Source: Delftia acidovorans NBRC 14950 (GTDB lineage Bacteria > Pseudomonadota > Gammaproteobacteria > Burkholderiales > Burkholderiaceae_C). From it: DNA of 32,000 bases. Both the position numbers and the translations under genes were made by a program. Below, piece by piece: positions 9,077 to 16,370 of this stretch. Under the pieces are notes generated by a model, which saw only the letters and a program-made list of their open reading frames with translations, did not search any database and was not told the DNA's origin. The stretch is from assembly GCF_001598795.1 (NCBI RefSeq), contig NZ_BCZP01000002.1:270001-302000 (forward strand). Reading direction: 5' to 3'. Numbering within the stretch: position 1 is the stretch's first letter; every line of letters begins with the position of its first letter.

Positions 9077-9102
9077 CCGCCGGCCAGAGCTCCGCCCCGG
9101 CC

Positions 9103-9999
9103 TCAGCGCTGGACGCTGCGGCCGTTGCTCACCTCGTAGGCCGTCTGGTCCTTGAGGTTGATGCGGTAGATCTCGCGCGTGACGTTGCCGGAAAACCCCA
9201 GCTCCACGATGGACAGGTTCTCGAACGTGGTCGTGAAGCCGCCGGGCAGGATGCGGTTCAGGCGCGCGGCGGTCTCGCCCATGGCGCGCTCGATCTCGGG
9301 CGTGAAGGTGGCTTCGCTGTAGACCAGGGTGTTGTGCGGGTTGTGGCTGCGCACCTCCTTGCCGGCCTGCACCTGGTTGATGCCGCTGACGCCCACGCTT
9401 TGCACCATGGCCTTGGCCGAATCGTTCATGCGGGCATAGACGGGCCCCGTCACGCGCGGCAGCGGGCCGTCGCGCAGCGGTGCCATGGCGGCGGTGGCGC
9501 GGGTGTTGAAGTCCATCATGGCTTCGTAGGCCGGGCCGGACTTGACGATGCCCAGGTCCAGCCACCACGGCTTGCCGGCGCCCTTGGCGGCCTCGGTGGT
9601 GTAGAAATTCTTCAGGTGCACGTCCTGCAGCACGGGCGGCAATGCCGGCAGGGCGGCCAGCATCTTGCGCGGCGTGGTCGGGTCGGCGCTGTGGATATGC
9701 ACCACGGTGACATGGGGCAGGTTGAAGGTGTTGGCCTCGGCCACCAGCTTCAGGCGCAGCAACTGCTCGTGCACCACGGGCGTGACCTGGCTGTCCATGA
9801 TGGCCGTGGCATCGGCCGGCAGTCGGTAGACCAGGCCATAGGTGGCCTGGTGGGCGCGGAAATCGCTGCGCTGCAGGGCGCTGTTGTCGATGGCGCCCGA
9901 CGCTGCGGCTGCCGTGGTGGGGGCCGGAGCGCTGGCACAGGCCGCCAGCAGGGCGGCAGGCAGGATGGCGAGAAGAAGGCGCCTGGATGTGTGTTGCAT
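9103..9999 (-). CDS. Exported lipoprotein with two H-x-T-x motifs (2H phosphoesterase-like)
   Basis: The ATG at 9999 begins MQHTSRRLLLAILPAALLAACAS, a signal peptide with lipobox LAAC. Two motifs, LPHVTVVH and NPHNTLVY, lie about 120 residues apart. The tracked 587-aa ORF extending up to 10866 is a shadow frame running over trxC. Confidence 0.7.
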   Translation of the reverse strand: MQHTSRRLLLAILPAALLAACASAPAPTTAAAASGAIDNSALQRSDFRAHQATYGLVYRLPADATAIMDSQVTPVVHEQLLRLKLVAEANTFNLPHVTVVHIHSADPTTPRKMLAALPALPPVLQDVHLKNFYTTEAAKGAGKPWWLDLGIVKSGPAYEAMMDFNTRATAAMAPLRDGPLPRVTGPVYARMNDSAKAMVQSVGVSGINQVQAGKEVRSHNPHNTLVYSEATFTPEIERAMGETAARLNRILPGGFTTTFENLSIVELGFSGNVTREIYRINLKDQTAYEVSNGRSVQR

Positions 10000-10143
10000 G
10001 GTGGGGTTGTCTTGTTGCGGCATGGAGCCATGGAAGAAGGGGCTTGTCGCGAATGGTCCCGAAGCCTCCCGCCACGGGACTTTCCCAATGTAGGACGCCC
10101 ATGTGTCCTGCCCATGACGCGCCGCCGCCGTACACTCGGCGCC

Positions 10144-10338
10144 ATGATCCGCTGGCTCCTCGTCATCTTCCTGGCCCTGCTGCTGTTCAATGGTCTGCAC
10201 GCTTGGCTGGAGCGCATAGGCCTGGGCCGCCTGCCGGGCGACTTCCGCTTTCGCCTGTTCGGCCGCGTGATTTTTCTGCCCATTGCCAGCACCGTGTTGC
10301 TCAGCGTGATTGCCGCCCTGATCGCCAAGCTGGTCTGA
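10144..10338 (+). CDS. Small membrane protein (DUF2905-like), 64 aa
   Basis: MIRWLLVIFLALLLFNGL...GRLPGDFRF...IFLPIASTVLLSVIAALIAKLV has two hydrophobic helices around a conserved-looking GRLPGD loop. The small size lowers confidence. Confidence 0.6.
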   Translation: MIRWLLVIFLALLLFNGLHAWLERIGLGRLPGDFRFRLFGRVIFLPIASTVLLSVIAALIAKLV

Positions 10339-10414
10339 GCATGGCTTGAAGCACGGGCGCAGCGCCCGTATATGCATGCAATTGCCCCCATGACTCGCCA
10401 ACAAGAGGCCGCCC

Positions 10415-10849
10415 ATGTCCGACAAGCTGCATTTCGTCTGCCCCCATTGCCACACCACCAACCGCATTGCGGCCGACCAGCTCGGCAGCGCGCCTGACTG
10501 CGGCAGCTGCCACCAGCCGCTGGTCACCGGCCAGCCCGTGGCGCTGGATGCGCAAAGCTTTGCCAGGCATGTGGGGCGCAGCCAGGCGCCGGTGGTGGTC
10601 GATTTCTGGGCACCCTGGTGCGGCCCCTGCCGCATGATGGCGCCGGCCTTCGAGCAGGCGGCGCAGGCGCTGGCGCCCGGCGTGCAGCTGGCCAAGCTCG
10701 ATACCGAAGCCCATCCCCAGGCCGCCGCGCCCTGGAACATCCGCAGCATCCCGACCATGGTGGTGTTCAAGGAAGGGCGCGAGATCGCCCGTGTCTCCGG
10801 CGCCCTGCCAGCCGGCGAGATCGTGCGCTGGGTGCGTTCGGTCGTCTGA
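10415..10849 (+). CDS. trxC: Thioredoxin 2 (TrxC) with N-terminal zinc-finger
   Basis: The N-terminus has CPHC...CGSC (a Zn-binding pair) and the active site is WAPWCGPC. The protein is 144 aa, and an AAGAGG ribosome-binding site lies 7 nt upstream. Confidence 0.92.
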   Translation: MSDKLHFVCPHCHTTNRIAADQLGSAPDCGSCHQPLVTGQPVALDAQSFARHVGRSQAPVVVDFWAPWCGPCRMMAPAFEQAAQALAPGVQLAKLDTEAHPQAAAPWNIRSIPTMVVFKEGREIARVSGALPAGEIVRWVRSVV

Positions 10850-10890
10850 TTTCTCTGCGGGCCCAAGGCCGGGGGCTTTCAGGCCCGCCT

Positions 10891-11574
10891 TCAGGCCTGC
10901 ACTTCGCCCGGCTGGTAGAAGCAATAGCCGCTGTTGCGCAGCGTCTTGACGGGTAGTTGCTGGCCGCTGGCCTCCTCCACCTTGCGGCGCAGCCGGCGCA
11001 TCTGGGTGTCCAGGCGGCGCTGGTCGTAGACCAGATAGTCGCCGCCCAGGGCCTGCACGATCTTTCGGCGGCTCACCTCGGTGCCTGCCTGGCCCATGAG
11101 GCACTGCAGCACCAGCAGGTCCTGCTGGGAGAGCGCGACCGGCGGGGCCGATGGGGGCAGCAGGCGGCTCGGACCCAGCTGCAACAGCCAGCGCGCCTGG
11201 CGCTGCTGCAGGCCCAGGCGGCGCACCAGCGCGGCCAGCGTGGCCTCCAGCTCGTCCAGATCACAGCCTTTGCCCAGATAGTGGTCGGCTCCGTTTTCCA
11301 GGCCGTCGATGCGGTTGGCGCTGGTGTTGTGCGCGCTGAACACGATGATGCCCAGTTGCTGGCCCTGCTGGCGCAGGCGCTGGATCAGGGCCAGGCCGCT
11401 GCCATCGGGCAGGCCGATGTCGATGATGGCCAGGCGGTGGCGCCGGGCGTCGAAGTGGCGGTCGAACTCCTGCAGGCTGGCAACGCATTGCGGCGCGTAG
11501 CCCAGGCCCTCCAGGAATTCACCCAGTTCATGGCGCAGCACGGGCTCGTCTTCGAGCAGGATCACATCAAGCAT
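10891..11574 (-). CDS. OmpR/PhoB-family response regulator
   Basis: Starts MLDVILLEDEP. The receiver domain has a phospho-acceptor context (LAIIDIGLPDGSG) and the conserved Lys (YLGKG). The C-terminus is a winged-helix domain (RRLDTQMRRLRRKV...VKTLRNSGY). No clear Shine-Dalgarno sequence is visible upstream. Confidence 0.88.
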   Translation of the reverse strand: MLDVILLEDEPVLRHELGEFLEGLGYAPQCVASLQEFDRHFDARRHRLAIIDIGLPDGSGLALIQRLRQQGQQLGIIVFSAHNTSANRIDGLENGADHYLGKGCDLDELEATLAALVRRLGLQQRQARWLLQLGPSRLLPPSAPPVALSQQDLLVLQCLMGQAGTEVSRRKIVQALGGDYLVYDQRRLDTQMRRLRRKVEEASGQQLPVKTLRNSGYCFYQPGEVQA

Positions 11575-11642
11575 GGGGGAAGGGGGCTGAGCGGCGAGGC
11601 CGGGAGGCTGGTGTACGCTGGCGGCCCTGTGGTGGACCTCCG

Positions 11643-13601
11643 ATGCGATATTACCGTGCAACCCTCCTGCTGCTGGCCTGGCTGCTGTGTCCGCTGCTGA
11701 CCCAGGCCCAGGCGCTCCTGCTGAACCCCGATTTGCCGATGCTGGAGACTGCCGGTCAGTGGCAGCGGCTCGATGACGCTGCTGGCCTGCTCGACGCCGG
11801 GCAAGCCGACGCCGCCCCTGGATGGCAGCCGCTGCCCGGTCACCTGAACGCCAGTTTCACGCAGGTGGCGGTCTGGCTGCGCATGCCGCTGCAGGTGGAG
11901 CAGCCCGGCAGCTGGATGCTGCTGCTGGGCAATGCCCTGCTGGACGAGGTGGAGGTTCACGTGCGCAGATCCGGTGGCCCCTGGCAGCTGCTGGGGCGCA
12001 GCGGCGAAGAAGTGCCGCGCCACGCCTGGCCGGTGGACTACCGCAGTCCGGCATTCCAGTTCGAGCCCCCTGCTGCCGGGTCTTACGAGTTGCTGGTGCG
12101 CCTGCGCGCGCGCAACGCGCTCGTCACCCGCATCGATCTGTGGCAGCGACTGGCGTTCGACAACCACACGCGGCGTGAGGCCCTGTCATTCGGCCTGTAT
12201 TTCGGGTTGTACCTGCTGTTGATCGGCGTGCAACTGGTGTTCTGGCTGGGCACGCGGGCCCCCTTGAGCGGCCTGTTCCTGGCCTATCTCAGCGTCTGCG
12301 TGCTCAATGAGGTGGTATCGCTGGGGCTGGTGCAGCAGCTGACGGGCCTGCCCGGGTTCTGGAGCGACCGCCTGCTGGGATGCGGCATTGCCGCCGCCCT
12401 GGCGATCTCCATGCAACTGGCCTGCAGGCAGCTGGACCTGGCGTCGCTGTATCCGCGGCTGGTGCGCCAGATCGTGCCGCTGCTGTGGCTGTTCAGCCTG
12501 TGCTGCATGCTGCTGGTGGTGTCGGGGCACTACTCGGCGGGCATGATCCCGGTGCAGGCCATGACCCTGCCGCTGGCCCTGGGCTTTCTCGCGTTCGCCC
12601 TTTGGCTGTGGCGGCGCGGCCATGCCCCGGCACGGTTCTTCATGCTGGCGTTCGGCATCTTCTATGCCGGCGTGCTGATCTCTTTTCTGCGCAACCTGGG
12701 CTGGCTGCCCATGAACGCGCTGACCGCGCTGGTGTCCACGCATGCGTCCGCGCTGGGCACCATGGCGCACATGCTGCTGCTCAGCGGCTGGATCATCGGC
12801 GGATACGAGCACAGGCGCCGCGTTCGAGAGCGGGAGCAGGTGCTGCTGGAGGCCGAGCTTGTGCAGCGCCAGTTGCGCGAAAGTGAACTCAGCGAGGCGC
12901 TGGTGCTGGAGCGCAGGGTCCGCCAGGAGCAGCGCGACTTTGTCGCCATGGTCTCGCACGAACTGCGCACACCGCTGGCCATCATCCTGACCAGTGCGCA
13001 GCAACTGGCGCGCAATCTGGCGGCACCGCCCGACAAGACGCTGGCACGCAGCCGCAACATCCGCGAAGCCGCCCAGCGCCTGCTGGCGCTGGTGGACGAC
13101 TGCCTGGCCGACGACCGCATGGCCGACCCCCAGCCCCATGCCGAGCCACGCCTGCAGCCCTGCGACCTGCATGCGCTGGTGGATGGCTTGTGCCTGGACT
13201 TTGCGCCCGGCCGCATCGTCTGCCACCTGGGCGGGGGCACGCAGCAATTGATCACAGATGCCGGCCTGCTGCGCATCGCGCTGCGCAATCTGCTGGCCAA
13301 TGCAGACCGCCACACGCCCGAGGGCGAATCGGTCCGCCTGGACGTGACCAAGCAGGGTGAGGGTCTGGAGATCCAGGTCTCGAATCCCGCAGAGCGGATC
13401 GCGCAAGAGGACCAGGGCCAACTGTTCGAACGCTACTACCGGGGGAAAAACGCCAGGCAGCGGCCGGGCGCAGGCCTCGGTCTGTATCTGGTACGGCGCA
13501 TCGCCGAACGGCTGGGAGGCAGCGTGACGCTGGTGTCCTGCGGCGGGGAGGTGCCCGTGTGCCTGCGGATGGCATTGCCTGCGCAGGCATTCGGCGAGTA
13601 A
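11643..13601 (+). CDS. Sensor histidine kinase with 7TMR-DISM extracellular and 7-TM modules
   Basis: A signal peptide is followed by an extracytoplasmic domain of about 170 aa and then about seven hydrophobic helices. The H-box is FVAMVSHELRTPL, the N-box LLANADRHTP and the G-box GAGLGLYLVRRIA. Confidence 0.9.
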   Translation: MRYYRATLLLLAWLLCPLLTQAQALLLNPDLPMLETAGQWQRLDDAAGLLDAGQADAAPGWQPLPGHLNASFTQVAVWLRMPLQVEQPGSWMLLLGNALLDEVEVHVRRSGGPWQLLGRSGEEVPRHAWPVDYRSPAFQFEPPAAGSYELLVRLRARNALVTRIDLWQRLAFDNHTRREALSFGLYFGLYLLLIGVQLVFWLGTRAPLSGLFLAYLSVCVLNEVVSLGLVQQLTGLPGFWSDRLLGCGIAAALAISMQLACRQLDLASLYPRLVRQIVPLLWLFSLCCMLLVVSGHYSAGMIPVQAMTLPLALGFLAFALWLWRRGHAPARFFMLAFGIFYAGVLISFLRNLGWLPMNALTALVSTHASALGTMAHMLLLSGWIIGGYEHRRRVREREQVLLEAELVQRQLRESELSEALVLERRVRQEQRDFVAMVSHELRTPLAIILTSAQQLARNLAAPPDKTLARSRNIREAAQRLLALVDDCLADDRMADPQPHAEPRLQPCDLHALVDGLCLDFAPGRIVCHLGGGTQQLITDAGLLRIALRNLLANADRHTPEGESVRLDVTKQGEGLEIQVSNPAERIAQEDQGQLFERYYRGKNARQRPGAGLGLYLVRRIAERLGGSVTLVSCGGEVPVCLRMALPAQAFGE

Positions 13602-13610
13602 GGATCGATG

Positions 13611-13630
13611 CTCAGATTCGCTCAGATTCG
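13611..13630. promoter_or_regulatory. Perfect tandem 10-mer CTCAGATTCG x2 (candidate regulator binding site)
   Basis: Read directly: ctcagattcg ctcagattcg at 13611-13630, in the AT-rich spacer between the kinase gene and the IPTL-CTERM gene. A regulatory function is inferred only. Confidence 0.35.
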
Positions 13631-13663
13631 TCTGGGCGATGCTTGCTAAATTCAATGGCAATT

Positions 13664-13682
13664 GTTTCCAATAGTTTCCAAT
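13664..13682. promoter_or_regulatory. Direct repeat GTTTCCAAT (N1) GTTTCCAAT with 10-bp phasing, inside an ATTCAAT/ATTGAAT inverted pair
   Basis: GTTTCCAAT occurs at 13664-13672 and again at 13674-13682. ATTCAAT (13650-13656) and ATTGAAT (13681-13687) are reverse complements of each other. The second copy ends 10 nt before the ATG at 13693. Confidence 0.35.
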
Positions 13683-13692
13683 TGAATCAGGC

Positions 13693-15015
13693 ATGAAAAA
13701 TACCCCACGGAATCTGGCGGCACTGCTAGCGCTTGCCGCAGCGCATTGCTTGCCCGCCTCGGCGATTGCTGCCACGACCACCACCGCGAACGTCAACGGA
13801 GCATTGAGCTTCAACGTGGCGTCCAACCCATTGGGCGGGCTGGCCAACTGCAACATTATTGTCGGCTCGCACAACTATGGGTCGGCAAGTTTTACCACCG
13901 GAAATGCTGCAACCTATTCCTTCACGGGCACGGCTCAGGTGGGAACCAGCGACTCGTTTCTGGCCTTGTACAAAAACAGCTTCAATCCTGCCAACCCCAC
14001 AGCGAACTTGGTGGGCTGCGATGACGACAGCGCTGGTGGAAGGCTGCCTCAATTTGTTGCCAATCTGGATGCAACGACCACCTATGTCATGGTCGCGACC
14101 ACGTTCCCTGCGCAAGCCTTTACTGGCAGCGTGACTTTCTCCGCAGGCGTGGTGCCCAATATCACCCTGGCACCGTTGAGCGTGTCCATCGTTGCAACAG
14201 GCCAGTCCATGGTGGCGACCAGCGACAGCCCCATGCCCATCAGCTATGTCAGCAGCAACCCGTCCGTGGCCACCATTGATCCCGCCACGGGTGCCGTGAC
14301 CTTGCTTGCCGGAGGGTCCACGCTGATTACGGCATCGCAGTCCGCCCAGGCCGACCCACTGCCCTTTGCCGCAGGGAAGAAAACGGCCATGCTGACGGTG
14401 ACACTGCTGCCGAACAACATGGCCCTGGCCCCGCAGAGCGCCCCCGTGGGCGCGACCGGCAAGTCCATGGTGGCGACCAGCGACAGTCCCGCGCCCATCA
14501 GCTATGCCAGCAGCAATCCTGCCGTGGCGACCATTGATCCTGCCACGGGCGCTTTGACGCTGCTTTCCGCCGGCACCACGACCATCACGGCCTCGCAGGC
14601 CGCACAGGCCGGCTTTGCCGCAGCGACGAAAACTGCCTTGCTGACGGTGACGCGCCTGCCAGCCAACATCACCCTGGCCCCGGCAAGCGCCGCGGTGGGC
14701 GCGACCGGCAAGACCATGGTGGCAACCAGTGACAGCCCCGCCCCCATCAGCTATGCCAGCAGCAATCCGGCCGTGGCGGCCATAGATCCCGCGACGGGCG
14801 CGTTGACGCTGCTTTCCGCCGGAACCACGACCATCACAGCGTCGCAGGCTGCCCAGGCCGGCTTTGACGCAGGCACACAAACGGCCTTGCTGACGGTCAC
14901 GGCTGCACCTGTGCCCGTGCCCCAGCCGGTGCCCACGCTTTCCGAGTGGGCCATGATGTTGATGGCCTCGCTGCTGGCCATGGCTGGTGTGCGCAAGCTG
15001 CGTCGCCGCGCCTGA
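13693..15015 (+). CDS. Secreted surface protein: signal peptide, beta-rich N-domain, three Big_2-like Ig repeats and an IPTL-CTERM sorting signal
   Basis: The signal peptide is MKNTPRNLAALLALAAAHCLPASA. The three repeats each carry SSNPxVATIDPATGxxTLLxxGTTTITASQ. The C-terminus is VPTLSEW, then the hydrophobic stretch AMMLMASLLAMAGV, then the basic RKLRRRA (nt 14929-15012). Confidence 0.85.
   Translation: MKNTPRNLAALLALAAAHCLPASAIAATTTTANVNGALSFNVASNPLGGLANCNIIVGSHNYGSASFTTGNAATYSFTGTAQVGTSDSFLALYKNSFNPANPTANLVGCDDDSAGGRLPQFVANLDATTTYVMVATTFPAQAFTGSVTFSAGVVPNITLAPLSVSIVATGQSMVATSDSPMPISYVSSNPSVATIDPATGAVTLLAGGSTLITASQSAQADPLPFAAGKKTAMLTVTLLPNNMALAPQSAPVGATGKSMVATSDSPAPISYASSNPAVATIDPATGALTLLSAGTTTITASQAAQAGFAAATKTALLTVTRLPANITLAPASAAVGATGKTMVATSDSPAPISYASSNPAVAAIDPATGALTLLSAGTTTITASQAAQAGFDAGTQTALLTVTAAPVPVPQPVPTLSEWAMMLMASLLAMAGVRKLRRRA
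14161..14905 (+). repeat. Three in-frame tandem coding repeats (258, 249 and about 240 nt)
   Basis: Repeat units start at 14161, 14419 and 14668. By eye, units 2 and 3 are about 90% identical at the protein level and unit 1 is clearly more diverged, with a 3-aa insertion. The period also shows up as serial antisense shadow ORFs at 14244-14498, 14502-14747 and 14751-15044. Confidence 0.85.
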
Positions 15016-15025
15016 TGCCGGCTCC

Positions 15026-16276
15026 TCAGGCCCTGGCCAACCAATCGGCCACGGCCTGGGCGCGGGCTGCCTGCACGGCCTCACCTATGGCCTTGCCCTG
15101 TTTGCCGCGCGCGGCGGCCTGGGCCGCGATGTCCGAGGTGGAGATGGACAGCGCGGCAGCCAGCGCATCGCGCAGGCGGGCGCTCTGGGGATAGGGCCGG
15201 TCCTCGAAACCCAGGCGCCCCCGCGCGTCGCATTCACAGGCCGCAAGGGCCTGCTCGAAGCGCGCGGGCTTGCGGATGGCGTCGCAGCGCTCCAGCAGGC
15301 GCACGATGGCGGCGCCGTTGAGCTCGCCGCTGCGGTGGATGTTGCCGTGCTCGCGCGCCACCACGTCGCCCAGTTCGCGGCAGTCGGTGGGCACGCGCAG
15401 CCGCTCGCCCACCTTTTCGGCCAGGCGGGCGCTGCGGTGCTCATGGCCTATGTGGCGCGGCAGCACATCGGCCGGGGTCGTGCCCTTGCCCAGGTCGTGC
15501 ACCAGGCAGGCGTAGCGCACGGGCAGCGGGGTATCCAGCTGCGCGGCCATGTCCAGCACCATCATGGCGTGCACGCCGGTATCGACCTCGGGGTGGTATT
15601 CGGCGCGCTGGGGAACGCCCCACAGGCGCTCCAGCTCGGGCAGCAGCACGGCCAGCGCACCGCATTCGCGCAGCAACTCGAACATGCGCGAGGGCCGGCG
15701 CTCCATCAGGCCCCGGCTGATCTCCTGCCAGACGCGTTCGGGCACCAGGGCATCCACCTCGCCGGCGGCCACCATCTCTTGCATCAGGGCCATGGTTTCC
15801 GGTGCCACCGTGAATTCGTGGAACCGTGCCGCAAAGCGCGCCACGCGCAGGATGCGCACCGGGTCTTCGCGAAAGGCATCGGTCACATGGCGCAGCACCC
15901 GGGCCTGCAGGTCGGCCTGGCCGCCGTAGGGATCGTCGATGGCGCCTTTGCCATCCCAATCCGGCGGGGCGGCCATGGCGTTGATGGTCAGGTCGCGCCG
16001 GGCCAGGTCCTGCTCCAGCGTGACGTCGGGCGCCGCCTGGACGACGAAGCCGCGATAGCCCGGCCCGCTCTTGCGCTCGGTGCGCGCCAGTGCGTACTCC
16101 TCGTGGGTTTCGGGGTGCAGGAAGACGGGGAAGTCCCGTCCCACGGGCATGAAGCCGCGCTCGGCCATCTGCTCGGGCGTGGCGCCGACCACGACCCAGT
16201 CGCGGTCATGCACGGCCCGCCCCAGAAGGCGGTCGCGCACCGCGCCGCCCACCATGTACACCTGAAATTCGCTCAT
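15026..16276 (-). CDS. cca: Multifunctional CCA-adding tRNA nucleotidyltransferase with HD phosphohydrolase domain
   Basis: The start MSEFQVYMVGGAVRDRLLG matches the E. coli Cca N-terminus pattern (GGAVRDxLLG). DRDWVV and the HD-domain motif LVHDLGKG are present. 416 aa. Confidence 0.92.
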   Translation of the reverse strand: MSEFQVYMVGGAVRDRLLGRAVHDRDWVVVGATPEQMAERGFMPVGRDFPVFLHPETHEEYALARTERKSGPGYRGFVVQAAPDVTLEQDLARRDLTINAMAAPPDWDGKGAIDDPYGGQADLQARVLRHVTDAFREDPVRILRVARFAARFHEFTVAPETMALMQEMVAAGEVDALVPERVWQEISRGLMERRPSRMFELLRECGALAVLLPELERLWGVPQRAEYHPEVDTGVHAMMVLDMAAQLDTPLPVRYACLVHDLGKGTTPADVLPRHIGHEHRSARLAEKVGERLRVPTDCRELGDVVAREHGNIHRSGELNGAAIVRLLERCDAIRKPARFEQALAACECDARGRLGFEDRPYPQSARLRDALAAALSISTSDIAAQAAARGKQGKAIGEAVQAARAQAVADWLARA

Positions 16277-16370
16277 CCCGCAATGGTACGGCCTGGGCGG
16301 TGACATGATGGCGGGCTGCACCGGGCGCCGAGGGGCGCCGCATGCCCATTTTCCATTTGGAGACAAAACC

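Noticed and set aside
9103-10866. A 587-aa minus-strand ORF suggesting a single large protein
   Set aside because: Only the C-terminal 298 aa, from the ATG at 9999, look like a real protein (signal peptide plus lipobox). The upstream part runs antisense over trxC and the DUF2905-like gene and is low-complexity.
10857-10888. Possible terminator hairpin GCGGGCC...GGCCCGC between trxC and the response-regulator gene
   Set aside because: The stem is 7 bp, the loop is 18 nt and neither strand has a U-tract. This is too weak to call as a terminator from sequence alone.
12186-15084. Minus-strand ORFs 12186-13874 (562 aa) and 13726-15084 (452 aa), plus the periodic antisense ORFs 14244-14498, 14502-14747 and 14751-15044
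   Set aside because: They lie opposite the histidine kinase and the IPTL-CTERM protein. The three serial ORFs, each starting MGAGLSLVATM, simply mirror the 258/249-nt coding repeats on the plus strand. Their composition is Arg/Gly/His-rich junk.
14987-16303. Plus-strand 438-aa ORF opposite cca
   Set aside because: It is a shadow frame. cca on the minus strand has diagnostic GGAVRD and HD motifs.
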